From Nitrospirota bacterium (GTDB taxonomy: Bacteria; Nitrospirota; UBA9217), in assembly GCA_963663225.1 (NCBI GenBank), contig OY760142.1, positions 1,952,001-2,016,000 on the forward strand: a stretch of DNA of 64,000 nt. The letters are read 5' to 3'. The notes below the pieces were generated by a model, which did no database searches, was not told the origin of the DNA, and worked only from the letters and a program-made list of their open reading frames with translations. Made by a program: the position numbers and the translations under genes. Position 1 is the stretch's first letter. Every line of letters starts with the position of its first letter. Positions 27,884 through 38,643 of this stretch are shown in pieces.

Positions 27884-28897
27884 TTATATTTCTCGTCCGA
27901 CTGCCTGGGCTATTGGCTTCAGTTCGTCCATGAGCTGCTTGAACATTTTTGGCTTCAGGGACTGTTCTCCGTCCGAGAGGGCTTCTTCCGGGTTCGGATG
28001 CACCTCTATGATAAGCCCGTCCGCGCCGGCGGCAACTGCCGCTTTCGCCATGGGGGCCACGAGGTCCCACTTGCCGACTGCGTGGCTGGGATCAACAATG
28101 ACCGGCAGGTGAGTAAGCTGCTTCAGCACCGGCACAGCAGAAAGATCAAGGGTGTTTCGCGTCGCCGTTTCATAGGTCCGGATTCCCCGTTCGCAGAGGA
28201 TTACATCATGGTTCCCGCCTGCCATAATGTATTCAGCGGACATGAGCCATTCCTTGATTGTCGCGGAAATGCCGCGTTTCAGCACGACCGGTTTGTGATA
28301 CGATCCCACTTCCTTCAAGAGCCTGAAGTTTTGCATGTTCCGGGCGCCTATCTGCACAATGTCTGCATACTTTACAATGGCATCCATATCCCGGGGGTCC
28401 ATAACTTCGGTCACCACCGGAAGTCCCGTCCTCTCCCGTGCGTTCGCAAGATATTTAAGCCCTTCTTCACCGAGCCCCTGAAAGGTATACGGTGAAGTGC
28501 GGGGTTTAAACGCTCCTCCGCGGATAAAACTGGCTCCCGCCGCTTTGACCTCTTTCGCCGTTTCAATAAGAAGGGTCAGGTTCTCCACGGCGCAGGGCCC
28601 CGCCATGACGGCGATTTTTTTGCCGCCGATCTCCATGTTGGAGACTGTGATGATGGTATTCTCTTTGCGGAACTCTCTGCTGGCGAGTTTATACGGCTTC
28701 AAAATGGAATGTACTTTTTCCACGCCGGGGATGGCTTCGAGGGGAAGCGAACGCAGTACGGCTTCGTCGCCGATGGCGCCGATGACCGTTCGCTCGGTGC
28801 CTTTGGAAACATGGGCCTGCAGGCCGAGGCCTTTTAATTTTTTGACAATATGACTGGCCTGTTCCTCTGTTGCGTCAGGCCGGAGAACAATAATCAT
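27884..28897 (-). CDS. aroF: DAHP synthase, type I-beta with N-terminal regulatory domain
   Basis: [37 protein letters not shown]. Confidence 0.95.
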   Translation of the reverse strand: MIIVLRPDATEEQASHIVKKLKGLGLQAHVSKGTERTVIGAIGDEAVLRSLPLEAIPGVEKVHSILKPYKLASREFRKENTIITVSNMEIGGKKIAVMAGPCAVENLTLLIETAKEVKAAGASFIRGGAFKPRTSPYTFQGLGEEGLKYLANARERTGLPVVTEVMDPRDMDAIVKYADIVQIGARNMQNFRLLKEVGSYHKPVVLKRGISATIKEWLMSAEYIMAGGNHDVILCERGIRTYETATRNTLDLSAVPVLKQLTHLPVIVDPSHAVGKWDLVAPMAKAAVAAGADGLIIEVHPNPEEALSDGEQSLKPKMFKQLMDELKPIAQAVGREI

Positions 28898-29043
28898 GGC
28901 TGCCTTTCTTCATCCTTGAGAGAGAATGTGCTTGCGGAGTAAAGGAACCGCTGGGAATTATGCAGTCATAAACATCAGGCAGGTATGCCGCGTCTTTGAG
29001 GGCTGTTGAGCCGCTCTGTATTGCGATAATGGTTCTCTGTTGT

Positions 29044-30120
29044 TTATGCTTGAACAATTTTTTTCAACTCGTCAACGAACCGCTTGTTTTCTTCCGGCAA
29101 GCCGATTGTGACCCTGAGCCTTTTCCCGCCCATGGGACGGATGATAACGCCCGTTTTCAGGAGCCGTTCATACAATTCTTTGGCATCAAATGATGTTTCA
29201 AACATAATAAAATTCGTCTCGGTTTTTATGAACGGAACACCCATCTGCGTAAACGACTGGTACAGAAATTGTTTGCCTTCGTTGTTGCTGGCGATGGATC
29301 TCTCCACGTGTTTTCGGTCAGAGAGGGCGGCCAGAGCGCCGATTTGCCCGAGCGTATTGGTATTGAAGGGCTGACGGACCTTGTTCATGAACCCTGCAAT
29401 CGATGCTGTCGTGAGCCCGTATCCGATGCGGAGCCCTGCAAGGCCGTAAATTTTCGAAAAGGTTCGGAGCGCAAGCACATTTTTCCCCGATTTCAGATAA
29501 TCGAGAGAGTCCGGATAATCGGCATGAGTGGCATATTCAAAATATGCCTCGTCCGTAGCAACAATCACATGGTCAGGCACGCGGTTCATTAGCCGGTCCA
29601 TCTCTGCTTGTGTGTTCATGGTGCCTGTGGGATTGTTGGGATTTGCAACGAAAATAAGTTTTGTTTTATCGGTAATTCTGTCGGCCATGGCGTCCAGATC
29701 GTGCCGGTCGTCTTTCATCGGAACGATGATATTCGTTCCGCCGACGGCCTGGGTGACCATCCGGTACACGACGAAGGACTGTTCTGCCGAAATCACTTCA
29801 TCCCCCGGCTGCACGAACGTGCGGATTGCCAATTCGATCAGTTCATTCGAACCGTTGCCCAGAATGATCTGGGAAATGTCCACATTGAATTTTTTGGACA
29901 ACGCCTGGGACAGATAGTAACCGCTTCCGTCAGGATAACGATTCAGTCCTTCCAGGGCCTTTTTGACGGCAGCCACTGCTTTTGGCGATGGGCCCAGCGG
30001 ATTTTCGTTTGAGGCAAGTTTGATGCTCCCTGTTATGCCAAGCTCCCGTTCGAGTTCTTCAAGCGGTTTTCCGGGAACATAGGGGGTGATGTTTTTGATG
30101 TTGTCCGAAACAATAATCAT
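29044..30120 (-). CDS. hisC: Histidinol-phosphate aminotransferase
   Basis: KLASNENP, NPNNPTG, DEAY, RTFSKIYGLAGLRIGY. Start placed at ATG 30120. Confidence 0.94.
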   Translation of the reverse strand: MIIVSDNIKNITPYVPGKPLEELERELGITGSIKLASNENPLGPSPKAVAAVKKALEGLNRYPDGSGYYLSQALSKKFNVDISQIILGNGSNELIELAIRTFVQPGDEVISAEQSFVVYRMVTQAVGGTNIIVPMKDDRHDLDAMADRITDKTKLIFVANPNNPTGTMNTQAEMDRLMNRVPDHVIVATDEAYFEYATHADYPDSLDYLKSGKNVLALRTFSKIYGLAGLRIGYGLTTASIAGFMNKVRQPFNTNTLGQIGALAALSDRKHVERSIASNNEGKQFLYQSFTQMGVPFIKTETNFIMFETSFDAKELYERLLKTGVIIRPMGGKRLRVTIGLPEENKRFVDELKKIVQA

Positions 30121-30193
30121 TGAATGAAATATCGGGATTCCAGTGCTCAAATTACGGCACGCGGCCGCGTTCTGAAATCCATACTGAAACCGG

Positions 30194-31267
30194 TCACTGG
30201 CTCTTAGGGTAGGATCCCAGAACCTTCAGAAACAGGCAGTCATTTTTTAATGTATCGATGGCTTTTGCCACCGGCTCATCTTCTATGTGTCCCACCATGT
30301 CCAGAAAGAACACATAATCCCAGACTTTTCTGCCGGATGGGCGGGCATCGAGCCTGGTCAGGTTGATCCCCATTTCTGCAAACGGGGTAAGCATGGCATA
30401 CAGCGCTCCCACTCTGTCTTTAATGGAAAACATAATGGAAGTTTTGTCTCTTCCTGTTTTGCTCGGGGACTTGGCGGCAATAACAAGGAAGCGTGTGAAA
30501 TTGTTCGGATTATCTTCAATTTTTCTTGCCGCTATCTGCAATCCGTAGAGCGCGGCCGCCATTTCGCTCGCAATGGCGCCTGCCGCGGGGTCGTCTTTTG
30601 CGATTTCCGCCGCTCTGGCCGTGCTTGACGCGTCCATGATCGGAATGCCGGACAGATTTTTTTCTATCCACTGTCTGCATTGCCCTGGTACCTGTGGATG
30701 GGTGTAAATTTTCTTGATGTCTTCTATTCTGCCCGATTTGTTCATAAGATTTTGAGACACCTCAAGCATGATTTCCGCGTATATCTGAAGGTCTGAATCA
30801 ATGAACATGTCGAGCGTGTAGTTCACCACGCCTTCCGTGGAGTTTTCCACAGGCACCACACCGTAGTCGGCGCGGCCGCGCTCCACCTCGGTGAATACAT
30901 CACGGATGTTTTCCACAGGCACATATTGCGCCGCAAGGCCGAACTGCTGCATGCCCGCCATGTGCGTGAACGTGGCGCGCGGACCAAGGTACGCGACCCT
31001 GAGCGGCCGTTCAAGGGAAAGCGATGACGAAAGTATTTCGCGATAGACGGCCCGCAGGGTGTCCTGCGGAAACGGCCCTGTGTTGCGTGCGGCCAACCGT
31101 TCAAGAATTTCCCTCTCCCGTGAAGGGGAGTGAAAATCGAGCTTTTCCGTTTTCTTGATGTTGCCTACCTCGACAACGATTTTTGCGCGTTCGTTGAGAA
31201 GATCAATCAGCCGATCATCAAGCTCGTTGATTTTTTTTCTGAGTTCCTGTATTTTTTCCATCGACAT
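30194..31267 (-). CDS. pheA: Chorismate mutase/prephenate dehydratase (P-protein)
   Basis: CM domain (LRKKINELD..LLNERA), ENSTEG, TRF motif and ACT domain. Start at 31267 or 31261. Confidence 0.95.
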   Translation of the reverse strand: MSMEKIQELRKKINELDDRLIDLLNERAKIVVEVGNIKKTEKLDFHSPSREREILERLAARNTGPFPQDTLRAVYREILSSSLSLERPLRVAYLGPRATFTHMAGMQQFGLAAQYVPVENIRDVFTEVERGRADYGVVPVENSTEGVVNYTLDMFIDSDLQIYAEIMLEVSQNLMNKSGRIEDIKKIYTHPQVPGQCRQWIEKNLSGIPIMDASSTARAAEIAKDDPAAGAIASEMAAALYGLQIAARKIEDNPNNFTRFLVIAAKSPSKTGRDKTSIMFSIKDRVGALYAMLTPFAEMGINLTRLDARPSGRKVWDYVFFLDMVGHIEDEPVAKAIDTLKNDCLFLKVLGSYPKSQ

Positions 31268-31308
31268 AGTTGGGCGGCCGGGCTTGCGCACAGCAAACTG
31301 GATTATGA

Positions 31309-31337
31309 ATTATAGTTTGTTTTTCGAGCAGTTGCAA
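31309..31337 (-). promoter_or_regulatory. sigma70 promoter for the pheA operon
   Basis: TTGCAA-17 nt-TATAAT on the minus strand. Confidence 0.7.
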
Positions 31338-31731
31338 GGACTTTTTGGAGAGCAGTACAGCGGCAACGTGATGGTCATGGCGATCGGGTATGTCCGGCGC
31401 AGGTTGCAACGCGCTGCTCTGTCTGTGACGGACGCCCTGTATTTTCGTGCTGCCGGACAATACGCGAAATACAAACTGCATCATTTTTTTACCGTCCGGT
31501 TTGTTTTTCAAACAGTTCAATCCCTACGACAGGGGATCCCCTGGCTCCCGCCGGAGGGGGCTCCACTGCCGATCTTCTTGCAATTGACGTTTACTTGTTG
31601 TACTCTCTCGGTATGAGAGCGGCTTCGCCGACCGCCTTTCGTGCGGTCGAGCGGTTCGTAAAAGCTTCCGCATAAAATTCTCAGGCTCGGCAATGCTGCA
31701 AAGTTCATGCAGCAGCTGACAGGATATCTTG

Positions 31732-32886
31732 ATGAAAACTACTGCTCGGTCTAAAAAAATGACGCCGTTTTACGTGATGGAACTGCTGGAGCAGGCCCGG
31801 GCCATGGAAGCCCGGGGCGAGCATATTGTACATCTGGAAATCGGCGAGCCGGATTTCCCGACGCCTGAAGCGGTCAAGGAAGCTGCCGTTGCGGCAATCC
31901 GGGAGGATCGGACTTTTTACACGCACAGCCTCGGCATTCCGGAACTGAGAAAATTGATTGCCGACCATTACCGGGAAAACGACGGCGTACGAATTTCTCC
32001 CGAGAGGATTATTATCACCAATGGCACTTCAGGAGCGTTCCTCCTGCTTTTTTCCGTCCTTTTGGAGCGGGGGATGACCCTCGCCCTGTCTGATCCCGGT
32101 TACCCCTGTTATAAAAATTTCGCCGCACTTTTCGATGCAGCAGTGCGCACCATTCCGGTATCCGCAAAAACACAATTTGAACTTACCCGCACTGACCTCG
32201 AGTCAGGAGGCATCCCGGATTTACTGATCATTTCGAACCCGGTAAACCCGACCGGCACGGTATATCGCGGGGATACCATGATGTCCCTGGAGCGAACCCT
32301 TGCGGAGAACCGCGGAATTTTTATCGTCGACGAAATTTATCGAGGGCTCTCTTATAGGGGGGAAATACGCACCGCTCTTGCGCTGTCCGACCGTATTATC
32401 GTGGTGGACGGATTTTCGAAGGTATTTGCCATGACCGGCTGGAGACTCGGCTGGATGGTCGTGCCGGAAGAACTGGTGCGGCCCATTCAGACGGTGGCGC
32501 AAAACGTATTTATTTCACCGCCCACCCTGTCGCAGCATGCCGCGGTAAAGGCATTTGAGTCCACCGCAGAAGTTGACTCCATGCGAAAATTCTATAAAGA
32601 ACGAAGAGATTTTCTGCTCCCGGCGCTGAAAAAACTCGGTTTCCGGATTCCGGTGGACCCTGAAGGAGCGTTCTATATCTATGCAGGGATTGAGCACTGG
32701 GGCATCGACAGCCGAGAATTTGCCGATCGCGCATTGCGGGAGGCAAAAGTTGCACTTACGCCGGGATACGATTTCGGCTCATTCGGGGCGGGGAACCATG
32801 TGCGATTTTCCTATGCAACGGACGTGCAAAAGCTGAAAACAGGCTGCGATCGTCTTGCCGCGTGGCTTCCGACCCTGAAACACTGA
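31732..32886 (+). CDS. PLP-dependent aminotransferase class I/II (aspartate aminotransferase-like)
   Basis: GEPDFPTP, NPVNPTG, DEIY, FSKVFAMTGWRLG. Confidence 0.92.
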   Translation: MKTTARSKKMTPFYVMELLEQARAMEARGEHIVHLEIGEPDFPTPEAVKEAAVAAIREDRTFYTHSLGIPELRKLIADHYRENDGVRISPERIIITNGTSGAFLLLFSVLLERGMTLALSDPGYPCYKNFAALFDAAVRTIPVSAKTQFELTRTDLESGGIPDLLIISNPVNPTGTVYRGDTMMSLERTLAENRGIFIVDEIYRGLSYRGEIRTALALSDRIIVVDGFSKVFAMTGWRLGWMVVPEELVRPIQTVAQNVFISPPTLSQHAAVKAFESTAEVDSMRKFYKERRDFLLPALKKLGFRIPVDPEGAFYIYAGIEHWGIDSREFADRALREAKVALTPGYDFGSFGAGNHVRFSYATDVQKLKTGCDRLAAWLPTLKH

Positions 32887-33032
32887 GCAACGGATGATCA
32901 GGCACTTCACTTCATAAGTATTCCTGGATAGCCTTCCCGAGATATCGCCATTCATATTTTTATGTTTATGAAGTCATGCCGTACGCGGCAGCGTTGCTGA
33001 AGAGGTTTTTTGAAATAATCTTGTGACCGCCG

Positions 33033-34979
33033 TTATTTTTTTAGCCGGTTCAGAAAACTCCTGAGATTTTCCCGGTCGTCCGTGATGCTGCACGTTGGGA
33101 TGGATTTTAAAAACCACTTGCCGTAGTTTTTTGTCATGATCCGGGAATCGAGCACTACGACCGCCCCCCAATCATTTTTGGTACGTATGAGCCTGCCGAA
33201 GCCCTGGCGGAACAGGAGGGTGGCCTGGGGCACTTGATATTCAAAAAAGGGGTTTTTCAGCCGCTCCATTCTCGCCTCGACAATCGGCTCGTCGGGCACG
33301 GCGAACGGCAGTTTTGCAATTACCACGCACTGGAGTGAATCGCCCGGGATGTCAATCCCCTGCCAGAATGACGCGGTGCCCATGAGTACGGCGTCGGAAG
33401 CCTGTTTGAACTGTTCAATCAGCCGGTACGCAGGCATTTCTCCCTGGCAGAGAAAACCCAGCCCCGGCAGTTTCTTTCGCAATGCGTCCGCGCTTTTTCG
33501 CAGTTGGCCATAGCTGGTAAAAAGCACCAGTGTTCTTCCCTTTGTTATGGACAGGACGGATGTCAGCTCTGCTTCAAACCTTTCCTGAAATCCTTCTTCC
33601 TGTTGATCCGCAAGCCCGGATGCAATATACAGCAATGCCTGATTCTCGAAATCGAAAGGGGAGTCAAGCCTGAGCTCCTGCGGAGCATCGAGGCCCAGAC
33701 GGTTCTTGATATACGTGAACGTGCCGCCGGCGGAGAGTGTCGCCGAGGTAAGCACTATGGTGTCTGTTTTCTCGAAGAGTTGTTCCCTCAATGATTCTGC
33801 GATATCAATGGGTGATGCAACGAGCCGGTACCGGCTGTTTTCCCGTTCTGCCCAATAAACGAGCCCTTCCGCGCTGTGCGCGAGATTTATCCGTACTGCC
33901 GTGGCCATCGTTTGTGCTCGTGCGGCAAATGCCTTGATTTCAAGCTCCTCTTCCTGAGTCTCCGCCGAGAGGTTCAGCAATGCATCACTCATTTCAAGCA
34001 GCGGGCCGCTCAAGATATCCGGCACGATGTTTGTCGTTTTTATTCTAAGATATGGCTCCTCACGCAAAAGCGGGTGCAGGTTGAAAAAGAAATTGTCCGC
34101 GACAATCCTGAGTCCGTCCACCATGCCCCTCAGATGCTGCAGTTCGCTGTCCTGCGCGGTGAGTCGGGTCAGCAGTCCTTTGCGCGTACGGTAGCTGAGA
34201 AGGGAATCAAGAAGATAGCGCACCGAATAATTGGTGACTTCCACACCAAGGTAGTCGGTTGCAACATCCTCTAACTGGTGCGCCTCATCGAAGATGACCG
34301 CTTTATAGTAAGGAAGAATATTGCCGCCTGTCGCCATATCGGCAAAAAAGAGATGATGATTGGCCACAAGAATTTGCGCCTGCTGTTCAGATGCCCTGGC
34401 TTTCTGGTAATAGCAATCCCTGAAAAAACCGCACTCTTTCCCAAAACAGAGGTCTGCCTGCCGGCATGCTTTTGCCCAGAGGCCGGCGGCAGGCTCGAAT
34501 TCAAGCTCGCTTCTCAGTCCGGTCCGCGTTCGGGTGGACCACGCAAAGAGGCGGTTCAACCCGTCCAGTTCGGACTGCTCATACAGATCGCCCATACGCA
34601 GATGGTCAAATCGGCGGAGGCAAAGGTAGTTTTCACCTCCCACGCAGAGACTGAAGCGAAAGTCTCCCAGCACTTTCCTGAGAAAGGGCAGGTCCTTATC
34701 TACAAGCTGCTGCTGGAGCGCCTTCGTATACGTGGCAACCACGGCCCGGCAGCCCTCGTGCCGCACCCAGTGGATCAGAGGGGCGAGATAGGCGAGGCTC
34801 TTGCCCACGCCGGTGCCTGCTTCAACGATCAAATGCGTTTTTCGATCAAGGGCGTGCTCCACGGCCTCCGCCATGGCGGCCTGCTGGGGCCGGTGTTCGT
34901 AGGCCTCTCGCATGGCCCTGCTGATCAAACCTGTCGTGCCGAATACCTTCAACGCGTTCATGGGCCTGTAGATTAACAT
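33033..34979 (-). CDS. DinG/YoaA-family ATP-dependent DNA helicase (Fe-S)
   Basis: EAGTGVGKS, NYLC plus Cys ligands, DEAH, TSATL, LFTSY, QGFGRLIR. Start uncertain (34979 or 34961). Confidence 0.93.
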   Translation of the reverse strand: MLIYRPMNALKVFGTTGLISRAMREAYEHRPQQAAMAEAVEHALDRKTHLIVEAGTGVGKSLAYLAPLIHWVRHEGCRAVVATYTKALQQQLVDKDLPFLRKVLGDFRFSLCVGGENYLCLRRFDHLRMGDLYEQSELDGLNRLFAWSTRTRTGLRSELEFEPAAGLWAKACRQADLCFGKECGFFRDCYYQKARASEQQAQILVANHHLFFADMATGGNILPYYKAVIFDEAHQLEDVATDYLGVEVTNYSVRYLLDSLLSYRTRKGLLTRLTAQDSELQHLRGMVDGLRIVADNFFFNLHPLLREEPYLRIKTTNIVPDILSGPLLEMSDALLNLSAETQEEELEIKAFAARAQTMATAVRINLAHSAEGLVYWAERENSRYRLVASPIDIAESLREQLFEKTDTIVLTSATLSAGGTFTYIKNRLGLDAPQELRLDSPFDFENQALLYIASGLADQQEEGFQERFEAELTSVLSITKGRTLVLFTSYGQLRKSADALRKKLPGLGFLCQGEMPAYRLIEQFKQASDAVLMGTASFWQGIDIPGDSLQCVVIAKLPFAVPDEPIVEARMERLKNPFFEYQVPQATLLFRQGFGRLIRTKNDWGAVVVLDSRIMTKNYGKWFLKSIPTCSITDDRENLRSFLNRLKK

Positions 34980-35045
34980 GGCGGAAATGAGAATGCAAAT
35001 TCAACCGGTACTGCCTGATTTTTTTGTGATTTTCCCGCCTTTTTC

Positions 35046-35074
35046 TTGCACTAATCAGTCTCTTGTGTTAGTAT
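35046..35074 (+). promoter_or_regulatory. Candidate sigma70 promoter for amidase-GerMN-murI
   Basis: TTGCAC-17 nt-TAGTAT. Confidence 0.5.
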
Positions 35075-35084
35075 AACCGGCGGT

Positions 35085-36110
35085 ATGCGGACAGTGATCA
35101 GGCTTTTTATTCTTTTCATGCTGGTAACGACTGCTGATGCGTTGTCAGCTGAAAAAGGATTGGTTGTAAAAAATGTGCGGTATTTTTCCTATTCCGCATT
35201 CACGCGGATTGTCCTCGAAGTGGAGTCCGCGTCACCCTATGTGCTGAATAAGACCGCAGACGGCAAAGGCCTCATGTTTGCCGCCTATAACATGCCTCTG
35301 GAGATACAGTCGCATCTGCCGGTCATCAAGGACGGCGTGGTGCGCGGATTGGAGTCGGTGCAGGACGCGGGCAGGAACACGATTATTGTGCGTCTTGATT
35401 CTGCGGCGGGAGAGATCAAGGACTTTGTTCTGCATTCTCCCGACAGGATTGTGCTGGATATCGCACGGGGAGCCGCACCCGCTTCCCCTGTTTCATCATC
35501 AGTTCAGGGGAAAAAAATGATTACCGTTGTGCTCGATCCGGGGCATGGCGGCAGAGAAACAGGCATACTTACGGCACAGAGTATGGAAAAAAACTTCACG
35601 CTGAATGTGGCGTTGGCAGTCAAAAAAAATCTCAGCAGAAACCCGCGGTTTAGGGTGCTGCTGACCAGGGAAAAAGACCAGTTGCTCTCGCTGGAAGAAC
35701 GGGTGGTTGCCTCAAACGCCTCAGAGGCCCAGTTCTTCATCAGTATTCACGGCACAACAAGCGCGGCTGCGCAGGTCTACCTGCAGGATTTTTTTGATGA
35801 TACGCCGGTGCAAGCAATCAAACCCGGGGGTGGCGATTTTCTCGGGTTTGAAATCGGAAGCGAACAGCAGCAAATGCTGTGGGGCAGGCAGCAGGCGGCT
35901 CACGTACGCGAAAGCGGAATGCTGGGCCGGAGCATTGCAACACAACTTGTAGGCAAGGACACCGCAGAGCCCGTTCAGGCACCGCTTGCAGTACTCAAGG
36001 CCGCGGATGCGGCGGCGGTTCTGGTCGAATGCAGTATGATGCAGGATGGACAAAAAGCCGCCGAAGCCATTGCGGAGGGGATTGAGCGCTATGTCAGACA
36101 GGGCAAATAG
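35085..36110 (+). CDS. N-acetylmuramoyl-L-alanine amidase (AMIN + Amidase_3)
   Basis: Signal peptide, AMIN-like PDRIVLDI, DPGHGG, EK, SIH, VLVE zinc/catalytic residues. Confidence 0.88.
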   Translation: MRTVIRLFILFMLVTTADALSAEKGLVVKNVRYFSYSAFTRIVLEVESASPYVLNKTADGKGLMFAAYNMPLEIQSHLPVIKDGVVRGLESVQDAGRNTIIVRLDSAAGEIKDFVLHSPDRIVLDIARGAAPASPVSSSVQGKKMITVVLDPGHGGRETGILTAQSMEKNFTLNVALAVKKNLSRNPRFRVLLTREKDQLLSLEERVVASNASEAQFFISIHGTTSAAAQVYLQDFFDDTPVQAIKPGGGDFLGFEIGSEQQQMLWGRQQAAHVRESGMLGRSIATQLVGKDTAEPVQAPLAVLKAADAAAVLVECSMMQDGQKAAEAIAEGIERYVRQGK

Positions 36111-36696
36111 AAGCGCCAGCAACCGCCAGTTGTTTATCGGAGGAATTTTGGTCATCGCTGCGGCCATAAGCGTGGGCGCATATCTCGGATGGCGCATGAA
36201 TGCTTCGTCAGCAGTAGGGCCGGCCCCGCGCCCGGTTCTACAGGATCAGTCATTTTCCGCACAGATGCTCCGGCGCGATGTCCCCTTTACCGTGACGCTC
36301 TATTATCCCGTCAATGGTTTGCTCTCAACGGGCTCGGCTGCGGTAAAACGGCAACCGGATACGCAGACGCAGGCGCGCGATGCCCTTGCGGCGCTGCTGG
36401 CTGATCAACGAGCGTCACTGGTCTCCGTACTGAAAGACGTACGGCTCCAGGAACTTTATCTCGATGCGTCCGGCACGGCATACGTTGATCTCGTGCCTAA
36501 TTCGCAGAAAGAAATTACGGCGTCAGTAGGGGAGGAGATTCTTGCGCTGTACGCCATAGTGGACACGCTGACCCTGAATTTTGAAGAAATCAAACAAGTT
36601 CTGTTTCTTCTGGACGGAAAAGAAGTGCGAACGATTGCCGGACACGTGGATCTATCGGTAAAGTTCGCAAAACGAACTGATTTGATAAGACAATGA
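36091..36696 (+). CDS. GerMN domain protein
   Basis: TM anchor, AYVDL, AIVDTLT.NF..IKQV.FLLDG...TIAGHVDL. Sits between amidase and murI. Confidence 0.85.
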   Translation: MSDRANRSASNRQLFIGGILVIAAAISVGAYLGWRMNASSAVGPAPRPVLQDQSFSAQMLRRDVPFTVTLYYPVNGLLSTGSAAVKRQPDTQTQARDALAALLADQRASLVSVLKDVRLQELYLDASGTAYVDLVPNSQKEITASVGEEILALYAIVDTLTLNFEEIKQVLFLLDGKEVRTIAGHVDLSVKFAKRTDLIRQ

Positions 36697-36845
36697 GGTG
36701 AAGGAGGGCTTTCTGCCGCAAAAGCAGAGAACTCGAGTAGAGACAGTAGCTCTTCCGAAAAAGAGTAATAGCTTCGTGGTTGTCGGTTGAAATCGCGGCT
36801 GCTGTTTTCACAGCACCGGTTACGGTAGAAAGTGTTCGGTTTATC

Positions 36846-37670
36846 ATGCAAAAAGCAATCGGAATATTTGACTCGGGTGTTGGCGGACTGACCGTACTCA
36901 AAGAGGTTGTAGCGAAGCTTCCGGATCAGAATATTATTTATCTGGGGGATACGGCACGCGTGCCGTACGGCATACGGTCGGCCGAGACGGTGACTCGCTA
37001 CAGCTTCCAGAATACCCGGTTTCTGCTGTCGCTGGATATCAAGATGCTTGTGGTTGCCTGCAATACGGCATCAGCCGTCAGCCTTGACGCGGTGCAGAAA
37101 GAGTTTCCGCTCCCCGTTGTCGGTGTTCTGGAGCCGGGGGCGCGAGCCGCGGTGGCTGCGACCGCTTCCCGGAGAGTTGGCGTGATCGGAACCGAGGCCA
37201 CCATCAGCAGCGGCGCCTATGAAAAAGCGATAAAGCGCCTTGCACCTGATATTGAGGTGCACAGCCTTGCATGCCCGCTGTTCGTCCAGCTGGCGGAAGA
37301 AGGTTGGACGGACAATGATGTTGCTGAGCTCGTGGCCCAAAAGTATCTTTCCCCGCTGCGCGGCACGGGCATTGATACTCTTGTGCTGGGCTGCACGCAT
37401 TATCCATTGCTCAAATCAGTGATCGGCAAGGCGGTGGGACCGGAGATCAAACTGATCGATTCCGCCTCGGAAACGGCCAAAGAAGTTGTATCGGTTTTCG
37501 AACGGCTGGGATGGAAATCGCAGGCTGAAGGGGTGCGAAAATTTTATGTAACGGATACTCCTGTGCGGTTTGAAAAGATAGGGAAGCGGTTCCTTGATGT
37601 TGCACTTTTGCAAGCGGAGCAGGTAAAACTGAGTGAATTTGAGATGCAATCAAAGATCAAATGTTGTTAA
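36846..37670 (+). CDS. murI: Glutamate racemase
   Basis: FDSGVGGLTV, PYG, ACNTAS, LGCTHY. Confidence 0.96.
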   Translation: MQKAIGIFDSGVGGLTVLKEVVAKLPDQNIIYLGDTARVPYGIRSAETVTRYSFQNTRFLLSLDIKMLVVACNTASAVSLDAVQKEFPLPVVGVLEPGARAAVAATASRRVGVIGTEATISSGAYEKAIKRLAPDIEVHSLACPLFVQLAEEGWTDNDVAELVAQKYLSPLRGTGIDTLVLGCTHYPLLKSVIGKAVGPEIKLIDSASETAKEVVSVFERLGWKSQAEGVRKFYVTDTPVRFEKIGKRFLDVALLQAEQVKLSEFEMQSKIKCC

Positions 37671-37766
37671 GTGTATTTTGCTATAAAATTTGTTAATGAA
37701 TGTGCGGCCCCCGGATGTATTGTCGCGTCCGGCTTTCATGCCGTGGCTTGTACGAGGTGGAGCAGT

Positions 37767-38594
37767 ATGGAAACTGAATGTGCACATGTCAAAAAGGTCC
37801 TTCCCAAATATCTGCGGGGCCATTTGTTTAAATTCGAGCGGATCAAGATTGAGCGCCATCTGCAGTCTTGCATCGTCTGTCATTCTCAATATGAAGCACT
37901 GAAAAGAGCTGAAGAAACCAGAAGATTTTTAAAGGATGTTACGCCTCCTGAAGGAATCCTGCAGATTATAAAAGAAGGGGTGGCCGGCCTGTCGAGATTG
38001 AAATTGATTCTGTATCGGCCGCTTTGGATTTTTGGCATAATCGTAATTGGACTGACGGTGTATTATTTTTTCAGCAAACCGCGACAACTGGATGTGGAGC
38101 TTGAAAATATTGCCAAGACGGCCCCGACCTCTTCCGCCCCGGCATCCTCTTCCACCGTACCGCCTGCAACCGCTCCTGCAACAGTGTCTCCACCTGCTCA
38201 TCCGGCACCGCCGGCGACCGAGCCGTTGCTTATTACGTTGGCAGTGACTGATGACAAAGCGGCGATACGGCACATCAATGATATTATGCGGTCGCATGAC
38301 CAGCTTAGGAAGTTCAAGTTTACCGATACGGTCCGGGAAATTTCCGGCAGCCTTGCTGACAAGGAATTGCTCGCTTTTTTCAAACATATTCAGTCGATTG
38401 GGAAAGTCAGCTATAACCGTAAGCAGTTCGAAACATTCTCCAGAGCACAGGCGGTTCCTTTTATCATGAAACTGACGGTGGTGCCGAAAACTCCGGAAGA
38501 AGCAAGGCCCTCTGAACGGCAGCATTCAAAACCTGCAGAGACAGGCAGCGCTGCTCCATCTGCCGGGACCGGCACTCAACCTGCAGAGCGTTAG
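37767..38594 (+). CDS. zf-HC2 (anti-sigma-like zinc-binding) membrane protein
   Basis: C...HLQSCIVC (HxxxCxxC), single TM, Pro/Ala/Ser linker, periplasmic domain. Confidence 0.75.
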   Translation: METECAHVKKVLPKYLRGHLFKFERIKIERHLQSCIVCHSQYEALKRAEETRRFLKDVTPPEGILQIIKEGVAGLSRLKLILYRPLWIFGIIVIGLTVYYFFSKPRQLDVELENIAKTAPTSSAPASSSTVPPATAPATVSPPAHPAPPATEPLLITLAVTDDKAAIRHINDIMRSHDQLRKFKFTDTVREISGSLADKELLAFFKHIQSIGKVSYNRKQFETFSRAQAVPFIMKLTVVPKTPEEARPSERQHSKPAETGSAAPSAGTGTQPAER

Positions 38595-38643
38595 CATACG
38601 GCAGCCTGCCGCACGTCGTGGAATGAAAAGGATCCTGGTCGAA

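Noticed and set aside
31155-31708. ORFs of 63-153 aa in the pheA-aminotransferase intergenic region
   Set aside because: They overlap the pheA start or promoter and show no protein-like motifs.
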